A DNA stretch of 64,000 nt from an uncultured Nitrospiraceae bacterium. GTDB taxonomy: Bacteria > Nitrospirota > UBA9217. Positions 20,907 to 28,575 of this stretch are shown in pieces. Position 1 is the stretch's first letter. The number at the start of each line of letters is the position of its first letter. The position numbers and the translations under genes were made by a program. A model generated the notes under the pieces. The model was not told the origin of the DNA. It did no database searches and saw nothing but the letters and a program-made list of their open reading frames with translations. The stretch is from assembly GCA_964586075.1 (NCBI GenBank), contig CAZPGZ010000015.1:1805-65804 (forward strand). Reading direction: 5' to 3'.

Positions 20907-21776
20907 CTATTTCAACCGTGCGCGCGCTTTCCGGATCATCATATCCGGAACATAGGATGATTTGAATATCCGCAGGTTCTCCTTGTCAAGGTCCTGTTCC
21001 AGATTCAGGTATTTGTATTTCGGCGGCAGTATCTTCGCAAAATTGTTGAACAGGTACTGATACACCCCTTTGAACTTTGTCCTGGCTTTGGCAAAATGCA
21101 GCACAAAAGTCTCTTCATTCAACTCCTCGCCCAGCACAAACCCAGCCGGTTCATCATCCACGTAGTAGATGCCGCCGCAGAGGATCAGTTCTTCGTACCG
21201 GTCAAGCGACTCAAGACAGGGGGCGTAATCGGTTTCCTCCGGCGCTGACTCCGATGTCTTCAGCCAGTCATCCAGCACGAAACGCGCGTCGCCCAGACGG
21301 TCATTCGTAAGCGGACGAGCATCGTGCCGGTACGCTTCGAGAAATTGCTTCAGCAGGTTTCTTTTCTTATGAAGGTGGCGTCCGGCATAGCTGCTCATTT
21401 TCGCGACGGTATACACGTAGTCTGCGTCACCTTCTGCAAAGGTTATTTCGAATTCGTGCGAATCGAACAAGGAAAGCCTGTCTTCCGGTACGGGAAATAT
21501 AAAGTCAACGCCCTGCATCATTTTCTTAAGATAGGCGCTATCCATTTCCCGAATGTCTCGTGTGGGCATGAGGTACGTATGCCCGTCGTAGGATCGGCCC
21601 CTGATGAAAATATCGTCGTCAAACAGCACTTCGTATGCATGATTTTTTCGAAAGAGATACAGGTTTGCAAACGTATATTCCGACACTCCGGTTACGACAG
21701 CTTTGAAGCGAGGCATTAGCAGCTCTTTGTGTTCTATACCCAGTTTTTCTATCCGCATAGAATGTCCGTTTTGCAT
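20907..21776 (-). CDS. DUF2156 (MprF C-terminal / aminoacyl-tRNA-dependent transferase-like) domain protein
   Basis: About 289 aa and soluble. The blocks (..FANLYLFR..Y.., ..ELILCGG..DDEP.GFVLGEE.., ..F.HF.KA....KG.Y.) fit the stand-alone LPG-synthase C-terminal (DUF2156) family. The call rests on recalled profile features only. Confidence 0.4.
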   Translation of the reverse strand: MQNGHSMRIEKLGIEHKELLMPRFKAVVTGVSEYTFANLYLFRKNHAYEVLFDDDIFIRGRSYDGHTYLMPTRDIREMDSAYLKKMMQGVDFIFPVPEDRLSLFDSHEFEITFAEGDADYVYTVAKMSSYAGRHLHKKRNLLKQFLEAYRHDARPLTNDRLGDARFVLDDWLKTSESAPEETDYAPCLESLDRYEELILCGGIYYVDDEPAGFVLGEELNEETFVLHFAKARTKFKGVYQYLFNNFAKILPPKYKYLNLEQDLDKENLRIFKSSYVPDMMIRKARARLK

Positions 21777-21779
21777 GAA

Positions 21780-22661
21780 TCAGCTGTTGGATTCGTAATG
21801 TTCATCATGAATATAGTGGATGATCTCCCAGGAGGTTTCTTCAATGGATTTGTTCGTAGTATCGATCATTTTCCAACTCCGATTTTTTCTGAGAAGACCC
21901 CAGATGTGCTCAACCTCGGCGAATATTTTCTTGAAATCACTGTAGCTGTGTTCAAGATTGGAGTGCTTTTGGCGCACCTGCCTCACTTTTTGGAGGACCT
22001 CAGGGTCCATGTTGAGGCAAATGACCCTGCGCTGGTCGATTTTGAACAACTCCTCCGGCAGAGGAATGTCCGGCACCACGGGTATATTTGCCACCTTAAA
22101 ACCTTCCTGGGCAAGGTAGAATGACGTGGGTGTCTTTGAGGTCCGGGAGAGCCCGAGGATGACAACATCGGCCGCGTTCAGACCCTCCGTTCTCTTCCCG
22201 TCATCGTGCTGCAGGGTATACTCGATTGCATCAATCCTCTTGAAATAGCGTTCGTCAACTTTTCTGAGCAGCATCGGATTTTCCAACGGTTCCTGCTGCA
22301 GATAGGAGGCGAGCGTATGGATGAGCGGGCCCAGAATATCAAGATGGAACATTTTGTGCTTTGCGCAATAGGCGATTGTATGGTCCCGCATTTCTTTTTT
22401 CACAAACGTGAACGCGATCAGCGCCCGTGCGGATTTTGCCTGATCGAGAATCTCCTGCAGGTCGTCAACCGAATCAATATTATGGAAAAGCGACATTTTT
22501 GCCCGGGCGCGGTTGAACTGCACGATGGCGGCCCGCATGATGTGGAGACCGCTCTGACCGGTTGCATCGGAAATAATATAGATTTTTTTTATAGCCATGG
22601 GGACCCTCCTTACCTGCTCAGGAAGCATGCTGTTCGCGAAAAGACGCTCCGCTCGCCACAA
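21780..22661 (-). CDS. Bifunctional kinase/pyrophosphorylase regulatory protein (PpsR/PDRP, DUF299)
   Basis: 'IYIISDATG', a P-loop-like 'LGLSRTSKTPTS', and the overall DUF299 length (about 290 aa). There is no ppsA or ppdK gene adjacent in this window. Confidence 0.7.
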   Translation of the reverse strand: MWRAERLFANSMLPEQVRRVPMAIKKIYIISDATGQSGLHIMRAAIVQFNRARAKMSLFHNIDSVDDLQEILDQAKSARALIAFTFVKKEMRDHTIAYCAKHKMFHLDILGPLIHTLASYLQQEPLENPMLLRKVDERYFKRIDAIEYTLQHDDGKRTEGLNAADVVILGLSRTSKTPTSFYLAQEGFKVANIPVVPDIPLPEELFKIDQRRVICLNMDPEVLQKVRQVRQKHSNLEHSYSDFKKIFAEVEHIWGLLRKNRSWKMIDTTNKSIEETSWEIIHYIHDEHYESNS

Positions 22662-22855
22662 GGCAAATCAGAGATCTTACAAGGTCATTTTACGCTTGTC
22701 TGACAGTATATTGACGATAACAAAACAAAAATAGACTGTCAATTGTAAAGTCGCGTCTTCCAGAAAGAAAACGAGACCACGTGTGCAAGCTACGCTCTTT
22801 CCACCCAGTTTTACCATCAGTCTGAACTCCGCGCAGAAAACCAACCGCCTGTAAT

Positions 22856-23713
22856 GTGTTTTTGTGCTATGTTTTATGCATGTACAAAAAAGTGCTCGCC
22901 GCAGTCAATGAACACCTGAATTCCGAGGTATCGGCCCGCTACGCGCTGCACCTGGCAAAAGCCGCAAATGCCCGGATTTACTTTTGCGCCATCGCGGAAA
23001 ACGGCCTGAACGACAAAAATTTCAGTGCTGCCGAGGAAGCGATCAAACGATTGGCAGCACGTGCGGACGAATTAAGCCTCAAAACGAACTGTATTCTCGA
23101 GACGGGGAGCCCGGTAGAGCAAATCAGGAAATTCGCGACTGCAGAGGGAATCGACATCGTTTTTGCTGCCACACGCAGAGAGGACCTGGAGTGGCGCTTC
23201 TTCGCCCAAACTACAGCGAGCCGCTTGTCTCTCGCCCTTCCCTGTTCCGTCGCTCTCGTGCGGGTAGCGCATCTTGGCCGTGCGCATCCCAGGACCATTC
23301 TCGTGCCACTTAAGGCGCACATTGATCACATTTCCGAGCGTGCATCATTCACAAGTTTGATGGCCACCGCATTTGCCTCAAGCGTTTCGCTGCTGCATAT
23401 TCCCAAACCGCTGAAGCATTTTTTCCACGGCGAGATTCATCTAACGCCGGTGGAATGGGAAGCCCGCCTGCCGGCTGACATCAGCCTGTTCATTGATTCG
23501 CTCAGTCACTATCATGTTTCTCATGACAGAAAACTCACCGCTGGTATCGCAGGCAAAAACATTGCAATCGAGGCCGCCGTCAAACGGTATGACCTTATTA
23601 TTATGGGCGCGAGCATGAGAAGCTTGTGGAGTTCCCTGTTCCGGGGGAATCCCGTTGAACAAGTCCTCCGGAACACCCCTTGCAACCTTATTATTTTGAA
23701 ACCAACAAAGTAG
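22856..23713 (+). CDS. Tandem-domain universal stress protein (UspA family)
   Basis: Two Usp-like halves (..KKVLAAVNEH.., ..ILVPLKAH..), each ending in a G-rich ATP-binding-like segment. Confidence 0.65.
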   Translation: MFLCYVLCMYKKVLAAVNEHLNSEVSARYALHLAKAANARIYFCAIAENGLNDKNFSAAEEAIKRLAARADELSLKTNCILETGSPVEQIRKFATAEGIDIVFAATRREDLEWRFFAQTTASRLSLALPCSVALVRVAHLGRAHPRTILVPLKAHIDHISERASFTSLMATAFASSVSLLHIPKPLKHFFHGEIHLTPVEWEARLPADISLFIDSLSHYHVSHDRKLTAGIAGKNIAIEAAVKRYDLIIMGASMRSLWSSLFRGNPVEQVLRNTPCNLIILKPTK

Positions 23714-23859
23714 CCGACTGTATCCCCGGCATACAGCGTCCGGGAAAGAACCCGGTCCGCAAAAAAAATATAACCACTGTCTCATGCAAACATGCAGGTG
23801 CCGGTTTCTCGCGTTTCCGCATCGACACAGCCGGCTTTTTATTTCTATACGACAAGCGT

Positions 23860-26514
23860 ATGAAAATACATGCATTAACAACAGAAGAAGTCTTCCGCAG
23901 TCTCGTGACTTCAGGACAGGGCCTTTCCGAGGAGGAAGCAGAGCGACGACTCCGCGAGTTCGGACTGAATGAGATTTCTGAGATAAAAAGAAAGAATCTG
24001 CCAGCTCGGCTTTTGGAGCAATTTACCCATTTTCTCGCACTCGTGTTGTTGTTTGCTGCGGGGCTTTCCTTTCTTTCCGAGCACCTGCGTCCCGGTGAGG
24101 GCATGCTCACTCTCGGCATTGCCATCCTTGCCGTCGTATTCATAAACGCACTCTTCACCTTTATACAGGAATATCGCGCGGAAAAAGCTCTTGATGCCCT
24201 CAAAAAGCTCCTGCCTTTTTTCGTAACAGTCATCCGGCAGGGCCGGGAGCGGGAACTTACCGCGCGCCACGTCGTGCCCGGCGACCTGATCCTGCTTACG
24301 GAAGGCTGCAAAGTTCCCGCGGATGCCAGACTCATCACGACTGCTGAACTGAAAGTGAACCATGCGCCGTTGACCGGCGAATCAGAACCGATTATAAGAA
24401 ATCATGAACAGTACTATGGTGAATTCGCTGAAAGTCCCAATATCGTCTTCGCAGGGACAACGATTGTCAGCGGATCAGGAAAAGCGATTGCGTTCGCAAC
24501 CGGCATGGGCACTGAGTTCGGGCGGATCGCGCATTTAACCACCTCGATAGATGCGGGTTTGAGTCCGCTCCAGAAAGAACTCACAAAAGCAACCCGGATT
24601 GCCGCAGGTATTGCCGCCGCAGTCGGCCTTTTCTTTTTTGTCCTTGGCTTCCTGATCGGACGGAACTTCTGGGACAATTTCGTTTTTGGCGTCGGCATCA
24701 CCGTGGCCCTTATTCCTGAAGGCATGCTGCCCACTGTCACGCTCGCTCTTGCCATGGGCAGCCAGCGTATGGCAAAACGAAAAGCGTTGATAAAAACCCT
24801 TACCTCCGTTGAAACGCTTGGCTCAGTAACCGTAATCTGCACGGACAAAACCGGGACCCTCACGCAGAACAACATGACGGCAAGCATGGTTTGGGCGGAC
24901 AACAGTATCCATAAAATTTCCGATGCGCTGACCGGAGCCGCGCAGGACGTCATGCGGGCAGCCTTGCTCTGCAACAACGCACGGCTGATTGACGGCAACT
25001 ATAAAGGCGACCCGACAGAGACCGCGCTGCTGAAAGCGGCACGACAAGTTCTCGGAGATATGACGGCGGAACGATTGTTCGAAGTTCCTTTTGATGCAGA
25101 CCGTAAGATGATGACCACGGTCAACACCGTAGCTGGTCGCTGTTTTATTTTTACAAAAGGCGCTTTAGAAAAAATTCTGCCTCTTTGCGACCATATTCTG
25201 CTACAGGGGGCCCGCCTGACGCTGGACGCAAAAAACCGAAGGCATGTATTCGAGACGTACCAGGCGCTGATGGACAGAGGACTCCGGGTCCTGGCGTTTG
25301 CTCAAAGAGGACCGGAAAACCAAAGAGCAAAGGACGGTTGGAACAGAGAAATAGAAAAAAACATGACATTCCTGGGCTTCATCGGGCTTCACGATCCGCC
25401 GCGGCCCGAAGTGCCCGAGGCCGTCAGAAAGTGCCGCCAGGCGGGCATACGGATCATTATGATAACCGGCGACGCCGGCAGGACCGCGGCCGCCATCGCG
25501 CGGGAGATCGATTTGGTGCAAGGAGGGCCTTTTGTCATCGAAGGGCAGGAACTCGAGCAGATGTCCGACGGTGCATTGAAAAAAACGCTCTCAGAGCGAG
25601 AGATAATTTTTGCCCGCATGGCGCCGAAGCATAAAATGCGCGTTGTGTCCCTCTTGAAAGAGGAAGGTGAAGTGGTGGCGGTGACCGGCGACGGCGTGAA
25701 CGACGCTCCCGCGCTCAGAAAGGCGGACATTGGAATTTCCATGGGCATTGCCGGAACCGATGTAGCAAAGGAAGCTTCTGACATCGTGTTGCTGGATGAC
25801 AATTTCGCCACGATCGTTAATGCCGTCGAGGAAGGACGGACGGTATATGAAAACATCAAAAAATTCTTGACGTATATTCTTGCGTCAAACATCCCCGAAG
25901 CCGTGCCATATCTCGCTTATATTCTGTTGAGAATTCCCCTCCCACTCACCATCATGCAGATCCTTGCTGTGGACCTCGGCACGGACATGCTGCCAGCGCT
26001 TGCCCTCCCCTCGGAAAAACCGACACCCGGCATTATGAAAAAGCCCCCCCGGAAGCGGACTGAGCGTCTTCTGAGCGCTCCCCTGATTACGCGAGCATAT
26101 CTATTTCTCGGACCGATCGAGGCAGTCGCGTGCATGTTCGGTTTTTTCTGGATACTGGCAGGAAGCGGATGGACATGGGGAACCGCGACGGCATTGAATG
26201 ATCCACTCTATATTCAGGCAACGACAGCATGCCTGACCGCGATCATCATCACCCAAATGGCAAACGTATTCGCCTGCAGATCGCGTGATGAATCGTTTTT
26301 CACCACCGGTTTTTTCTCGAACAGGCTCATCTTCCTCGGAATCGCGGTCGAGCTTCTGCTCCAGCTCATTATCGTCTACCACCCATTGGGTAACAGGATA
26401 TTCTCAACCGCTCCTCTTTCGCCTGAAGTTTGGCTCGTTCTTGTCCCGTTTGCTTTTGCTCTTCTTTTTGTTGAAGAAACCAGAAAGTTCATTTTCCGCC
26501 GCATGAAAAGCTGA
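23860..26514 (+). CDS. Cation-transporting P-type ATPase (type II, SERCA/PMCA-like). Start placed at the internal ATG 23860.
   Basis: 'ICTDKTGTLTQN' (phosphorylation site), 'VTGDGVNDAPALRKADIGI', 'MITGD', and an N-terminal Cation_ATPase_N-like 'TTEEVFRSL..GLSEEEAERRLREFGLNEI'. The long ORF begins at 23680 but overlaps usp; the ATG at 23860 gives the canonical N-terminus. Confidence 0.85.
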   Translation: MKIHALTTEEVFRSLVTSGQGLSEEEAERRLREFGLNEISEIKRKNLPARLLEQFTHFLALVLLFAAGLSFLSEHLRPGEGMLTLGIAILAVVFINALFTFIQEYRAEKALDALKKLLPFFVTVIRQGRERELTARHVVPGDLILLTEGCKVPADARLITTAELKVNHAPLTGESEPIIRNHEQYYGEFAESPNIVFAGTTIVSGSGKAIAFATGMGTEFGRIAHLTTSIDAGLSPLQKELTKATRIAAGIAAAVGLFFFVLGFLIGRNFWDNFVFGVGITVALIPEGMLPTVTLALAMGSQRMAKRKALIKTLTSVETLGSVTVICTDKTGTLTQNNMTASMVWADNSIHKISDALTGAAQDVMRAALLCNNARLIDGNYKGDPTETALLKAARQVLGDMTAERLFEVPFDADRKMMTTVNTVAGRCFIFTKGALEKILPLCDHILLQGARLTLDAKNRRHVFETYQALMDRGLRVLAFAQRGPENQRAKDGWNREIEKNMTFLGFIGLHDPPRPEVPEAVRKCRQAGIRIIMITGDAGRTAAAIAREIDLVQGGPFVIEGQELEQMSDGALKKTLSEREIIFARMAPKHKMRVVSLLKEEGEVVAVTGDGVNDAPALRKADIGISMGIAGTDVAKEASDIVLLDDNFATIVNAVEEGRTVYENIKKFLTYILASNIPEAVPYLAYILLRIPLPLTIMQILAVDLGTDMLPALALPSEKPTPGIMKKPPRKRTERLLSAPLITRAYLFLGPIEAVACMFGFFWILAGSGWTWGTATALNDPLYIQATTACLTAIIITQMANVFACRSRDESFFTTGFFSNRLIFLGIAVELLLQLIIVYHPLGNRIFSTAPLSPEVWLVLVPFAFALLFVEETRKFIFRRMKS

Positions 26515-26582
26515 TTTCAACCAGTGCTTTGGACGGCTATATGATATACTGAAAATAACGCGCTTTTCCCACGGGAGGTTGC

Positions 26583-27365
26583 ATGCTGGTAATCGCCGAG
26601 AATCTCAATACACGAAACGCGGACTTTGCGGATGCGCTTAAAAAAAACGACTGGAAAACTGTCACGGCCATGGCAAAAGAACTTGCTTCAGCAGGCGCGG
26701 AAGCAATCAACGTCCAGGTTTCTACAGACGGTGTGGACGATGAGAATGCGCTCCCTCTCGCGGCCGAGGCGGTTCAACTGGGCGCCGGTCTTCCCTTATG
26801 CCTCGATTCACGCAACATAGCGGCGCTCAGAAAAACCGTATCGGTCTGCAGCCAGCCGCCGATCATCAACTACCTCTCCGGGGATGAAAAAAACGCCGGA
26901 GAAATGCTGGCGCTGGTGCGGGAAACCGAGTCGAACCTCGTGATCCGTGCACTGAAGGGAACCGTTCCCTTGACGCTCGAGGACAAGCTCATGGTCCTTG
27001 AAGATCTCCTCGAAAAAGCGAACGCGGCAGGCGTCCCGAATGAGCGCCTCTTTGCGGATCCTTCAGTCGTGCATATCGGCGACGGTATGGGGCAGGAACA
27101 TCTCCTGAACGCACACGAAAGCATCGTTGTTCTGAACGGAATGGTTGATCCTCCGCTTAATACCATTGTCTGGCTGTCGAACATAACGACCGGCCTGCCG
27201 AAAAAAATAGCGTCGGTTGTTGCCTCTGCATACCTCAGCTACCTCGCCGGTGCAGGCCTGCATGCCGCCCTGCTGAATGTAAAAGACGCGGACGTTATGA
27301 AGACCGTTTATCTGATCAAAGCATTCCGAGACGAAGTCGTTTTTACACCGGCTGATATGGCGTAG
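26583..27365 (+). CDS. Pterin-binding (DHPS-like) domain protein, AcsE/MtrH-like methyltetrahydrofolate:corrinoid methyltransferase homolog
   Basis: 'MLVIAENLN..' (cf. AcsE MLIIGERIN), 'LPLCLDS.NIAAL' (cf. LTLCLDSTNIKAI), 'IINYLSG' (cf. AcsE AMINSTNA) and 'IVWLSNITTG' (cf. LGLSNVSQ). 260 aa, with a strong RBS GGGAGG. Confidence 0.6.
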   Translation: MLVIAENLNTRNADFADALKKNDWKTVTAMAKELASAGAEAINVQVSTDGVDDENALPLAAEAVQLGAGLPLCLDSRNIAALRKTVSVCSQPPIINYLSGDEKNAGEMLALVRETESNLVIRALKGTVPLTLEDKLMVLEDLLEKANAAGVPNERLFADPSVVHIGDGMGQEHLLNAHESIVVLNGMVDPPLNTIVWLSNITTGLPKKIASVVASAYLSYLAGAGLHAALLNVKDADVMKTVYLIKAFRDEVVFTPADMA

Positions 27366-27386
27366 AGGCCGCTCCCGCTTGCTGCT

Positions 27387-28259
27387 ATGATGAGCCCTGC
27401 AGTGAATGTTCATCCTGAAAATTCAAATGGCGAGCTTTCGTATCTGAGAAGTGAAATCAAACGATTACGCGCGGCGCTTCGCCAAAAAGAACCGGCGCTT
27501 GCAATGCTGTTGCGGCACAGGGGATTTTCCATTTACAAAAAAGAACCGCTTGATGACGTACTTGTCCCGGCGGACAATCTTCTTGATCATTATTATCAAA
27601 TGCTTCATAAATATTCCTTTCGCCTTTTCCTCCGCGACGTGCTCAAACATCAGGAATTTTTTACTGTCAACCAGGTAGCCCGGTATGCCACCCCGGACAT
27701 TGTCCAAAGATATCTCGACTATCTGGTGTCTGCCGGCCTTGTCAAAAAGCAGAGGCAGGGTTATGCTCTCGCTCGGCCGCCGATCAGGAGTTTTGGCCCT
27801 ACGCTTGAATGGTATCTGGCGGAAGTGTTTAAACGCGAATTCGGTTCAGAAGCATTCTGGGGGGTAAAATTCAGGGGACGGAGAGTTGGGGGAGACTACG
27901 ACGTAATCGCCTGCATCGAGAAATCCCTTTTTTATGGGGAAGTAAAAGCCTCGCCGCCGAAGCATATCTTCGACGCTGAAATCGCCGCTTTTATAGATCG
28001 CGTTCTTGATCTTTCCCCTGATGCTGCAATTTTTCTTATGGATACGGAGCTGCGGATGAAGGATAAGATCGTTCCGCTGTTTGAACACGAAATGCAGAAT
28101 CGGTTTTCAAGTCCTCCTCCAATCGAGCGTCTGGAGCATGAGCTGTTCCACATCAGGAACAGAATTTTTATTCTCAATGCAAAAAGAAGCATCGTCCGCA
28201 ATATAGAACAGGTTGTGCGCAGGCATTTTCAAGGAACCATTTCCGCCAGCCTGCATTGA
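27387..28259 (+). CDS. Hypothetical protein: coiled-coil N-terminus + winged-helix + Mrr-cat-like PD-(D/E)xK domain
   Basis: A wHTH-like segment 'FTVNQVARYATPDIVQRYLDYLVSAGLVKK', then 'RVGGDYDVIACIEKSLFYGEVKAS' resembling the Mrr_cat core (GDGGIDG...QAK). It is only 21 nt downstream of the AcsE-like gene. Confidence 0.45.
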   Translation: MMSPAVNVHPENSNGELSYLRSEIKRLRAALRQKEPALAMLLRHRGFSIYKKEPLDDVLVPADNLLDHYYQMLHKYSFRLFLRDVLKHQEFFTVNQVARYATPDIVQRYLDYLVSAGLVKKQRQGYALARPPIRSFGPTLEWYLAEVFKREFGSEAFWGVKFRGRRVGGDYDVIACIEKSLFYGEVKASPPKHIFDAEIAAFIDRVLDLSPDAAIFLMDTELRMKDKIVPLFEHEMQNRFSSPPPIERLEHELFHIRNRIFILNAKRSIVRNIEQVVRRHFQGTISASLH

Positions 28260-28307
28260 GTGCGTGCTAAGGCTTGTGCTGCTCTTATCAGGTCCGTTAA
28301 AATAGCC

Positions 28308-28337
28308 TTGACAGAATTTGTCCTGTTCTGGTACTGT
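28308..28337 (+). promoter_or_regulatory. Sigma70-like promoter (TTGACA - 18 nt - TACTGT) driving the riboswitch leader
   Basis: A consensus -35 TTGACA at 28308-28313, and a -10-like TACTGT at 28332-28337, immediately upstream of the conserved riboswitch core. Confidence 0.45.
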
Positions 28338-28339
28338 TT

Positions 28340-28430
28340 CCTCGTGTAAAGGGGAGTAGCTGTTACAACAGTATCGTCAACACGCCGGAGGGAATATGAG
28401 AGAGCTCTTTTCCGTCCTGCCGGTACTCTT
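28340..28430 (+). promoter_or_regulatory. yybP-ykoY (Mn2+-sensing) riboswitch aptamer in the 5' leader of P-type ATPase 2
   Basis: The conserved core 'AAAGGGGAGUAGC' at 28347-28361, a downstream 'AUAUGAGAGAGCU' element (28394-28406), and a CUUUUCC closing strand able to pair with the 5' AAAGG. A further 150 nt of structured expression platform precedes the GAGGAGG RBS / GTG start at 28576. Confidence 0.6.
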
Positions 28431-28575
28431 GGCCAGGGATGCCTGGTAAGCAAGACCTTTGCTCGATGAACATTCTGGAACAGCCAGTACTCATCGGGGA
28501 AAGGTTTTTTTTTGCCCTTTATTGAGCTGCAGAAGGTCCGGCAGTGTTCTCCAATGAACGCCCGAGGAGGAAATC

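Noticed and set aside
23714-23760. Two hairpins (CTGTAT..ATACAG and CCGGG..CCCGG) after usp, considered as a terminator
   Set aside because: They are followed by an A-run rather than a U-run on the coding strand, so this is not a canonical intrinsic terminator. It may be an RNA structure, but there is no clear call.
23680-23859. Long N-terminal extension of P-type ATPase 1 (ORF-track start at 23680)
   Set aside because: It overlaps the usp stop, lacks an RBS, and has no homology character. The internal ATG at 23860 yields the canonical Cation_ATPase_N terminus.
23691-24998. Minus-strand ORFs of 215, 150 and 194 aa overlapping P-type ATPase 1
   Set aside because: They are antisense to a CDS with intact DKTGT/TGDGVNDAPAL motifs. 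The translations are Arg/Ser-rich and low-complexity.
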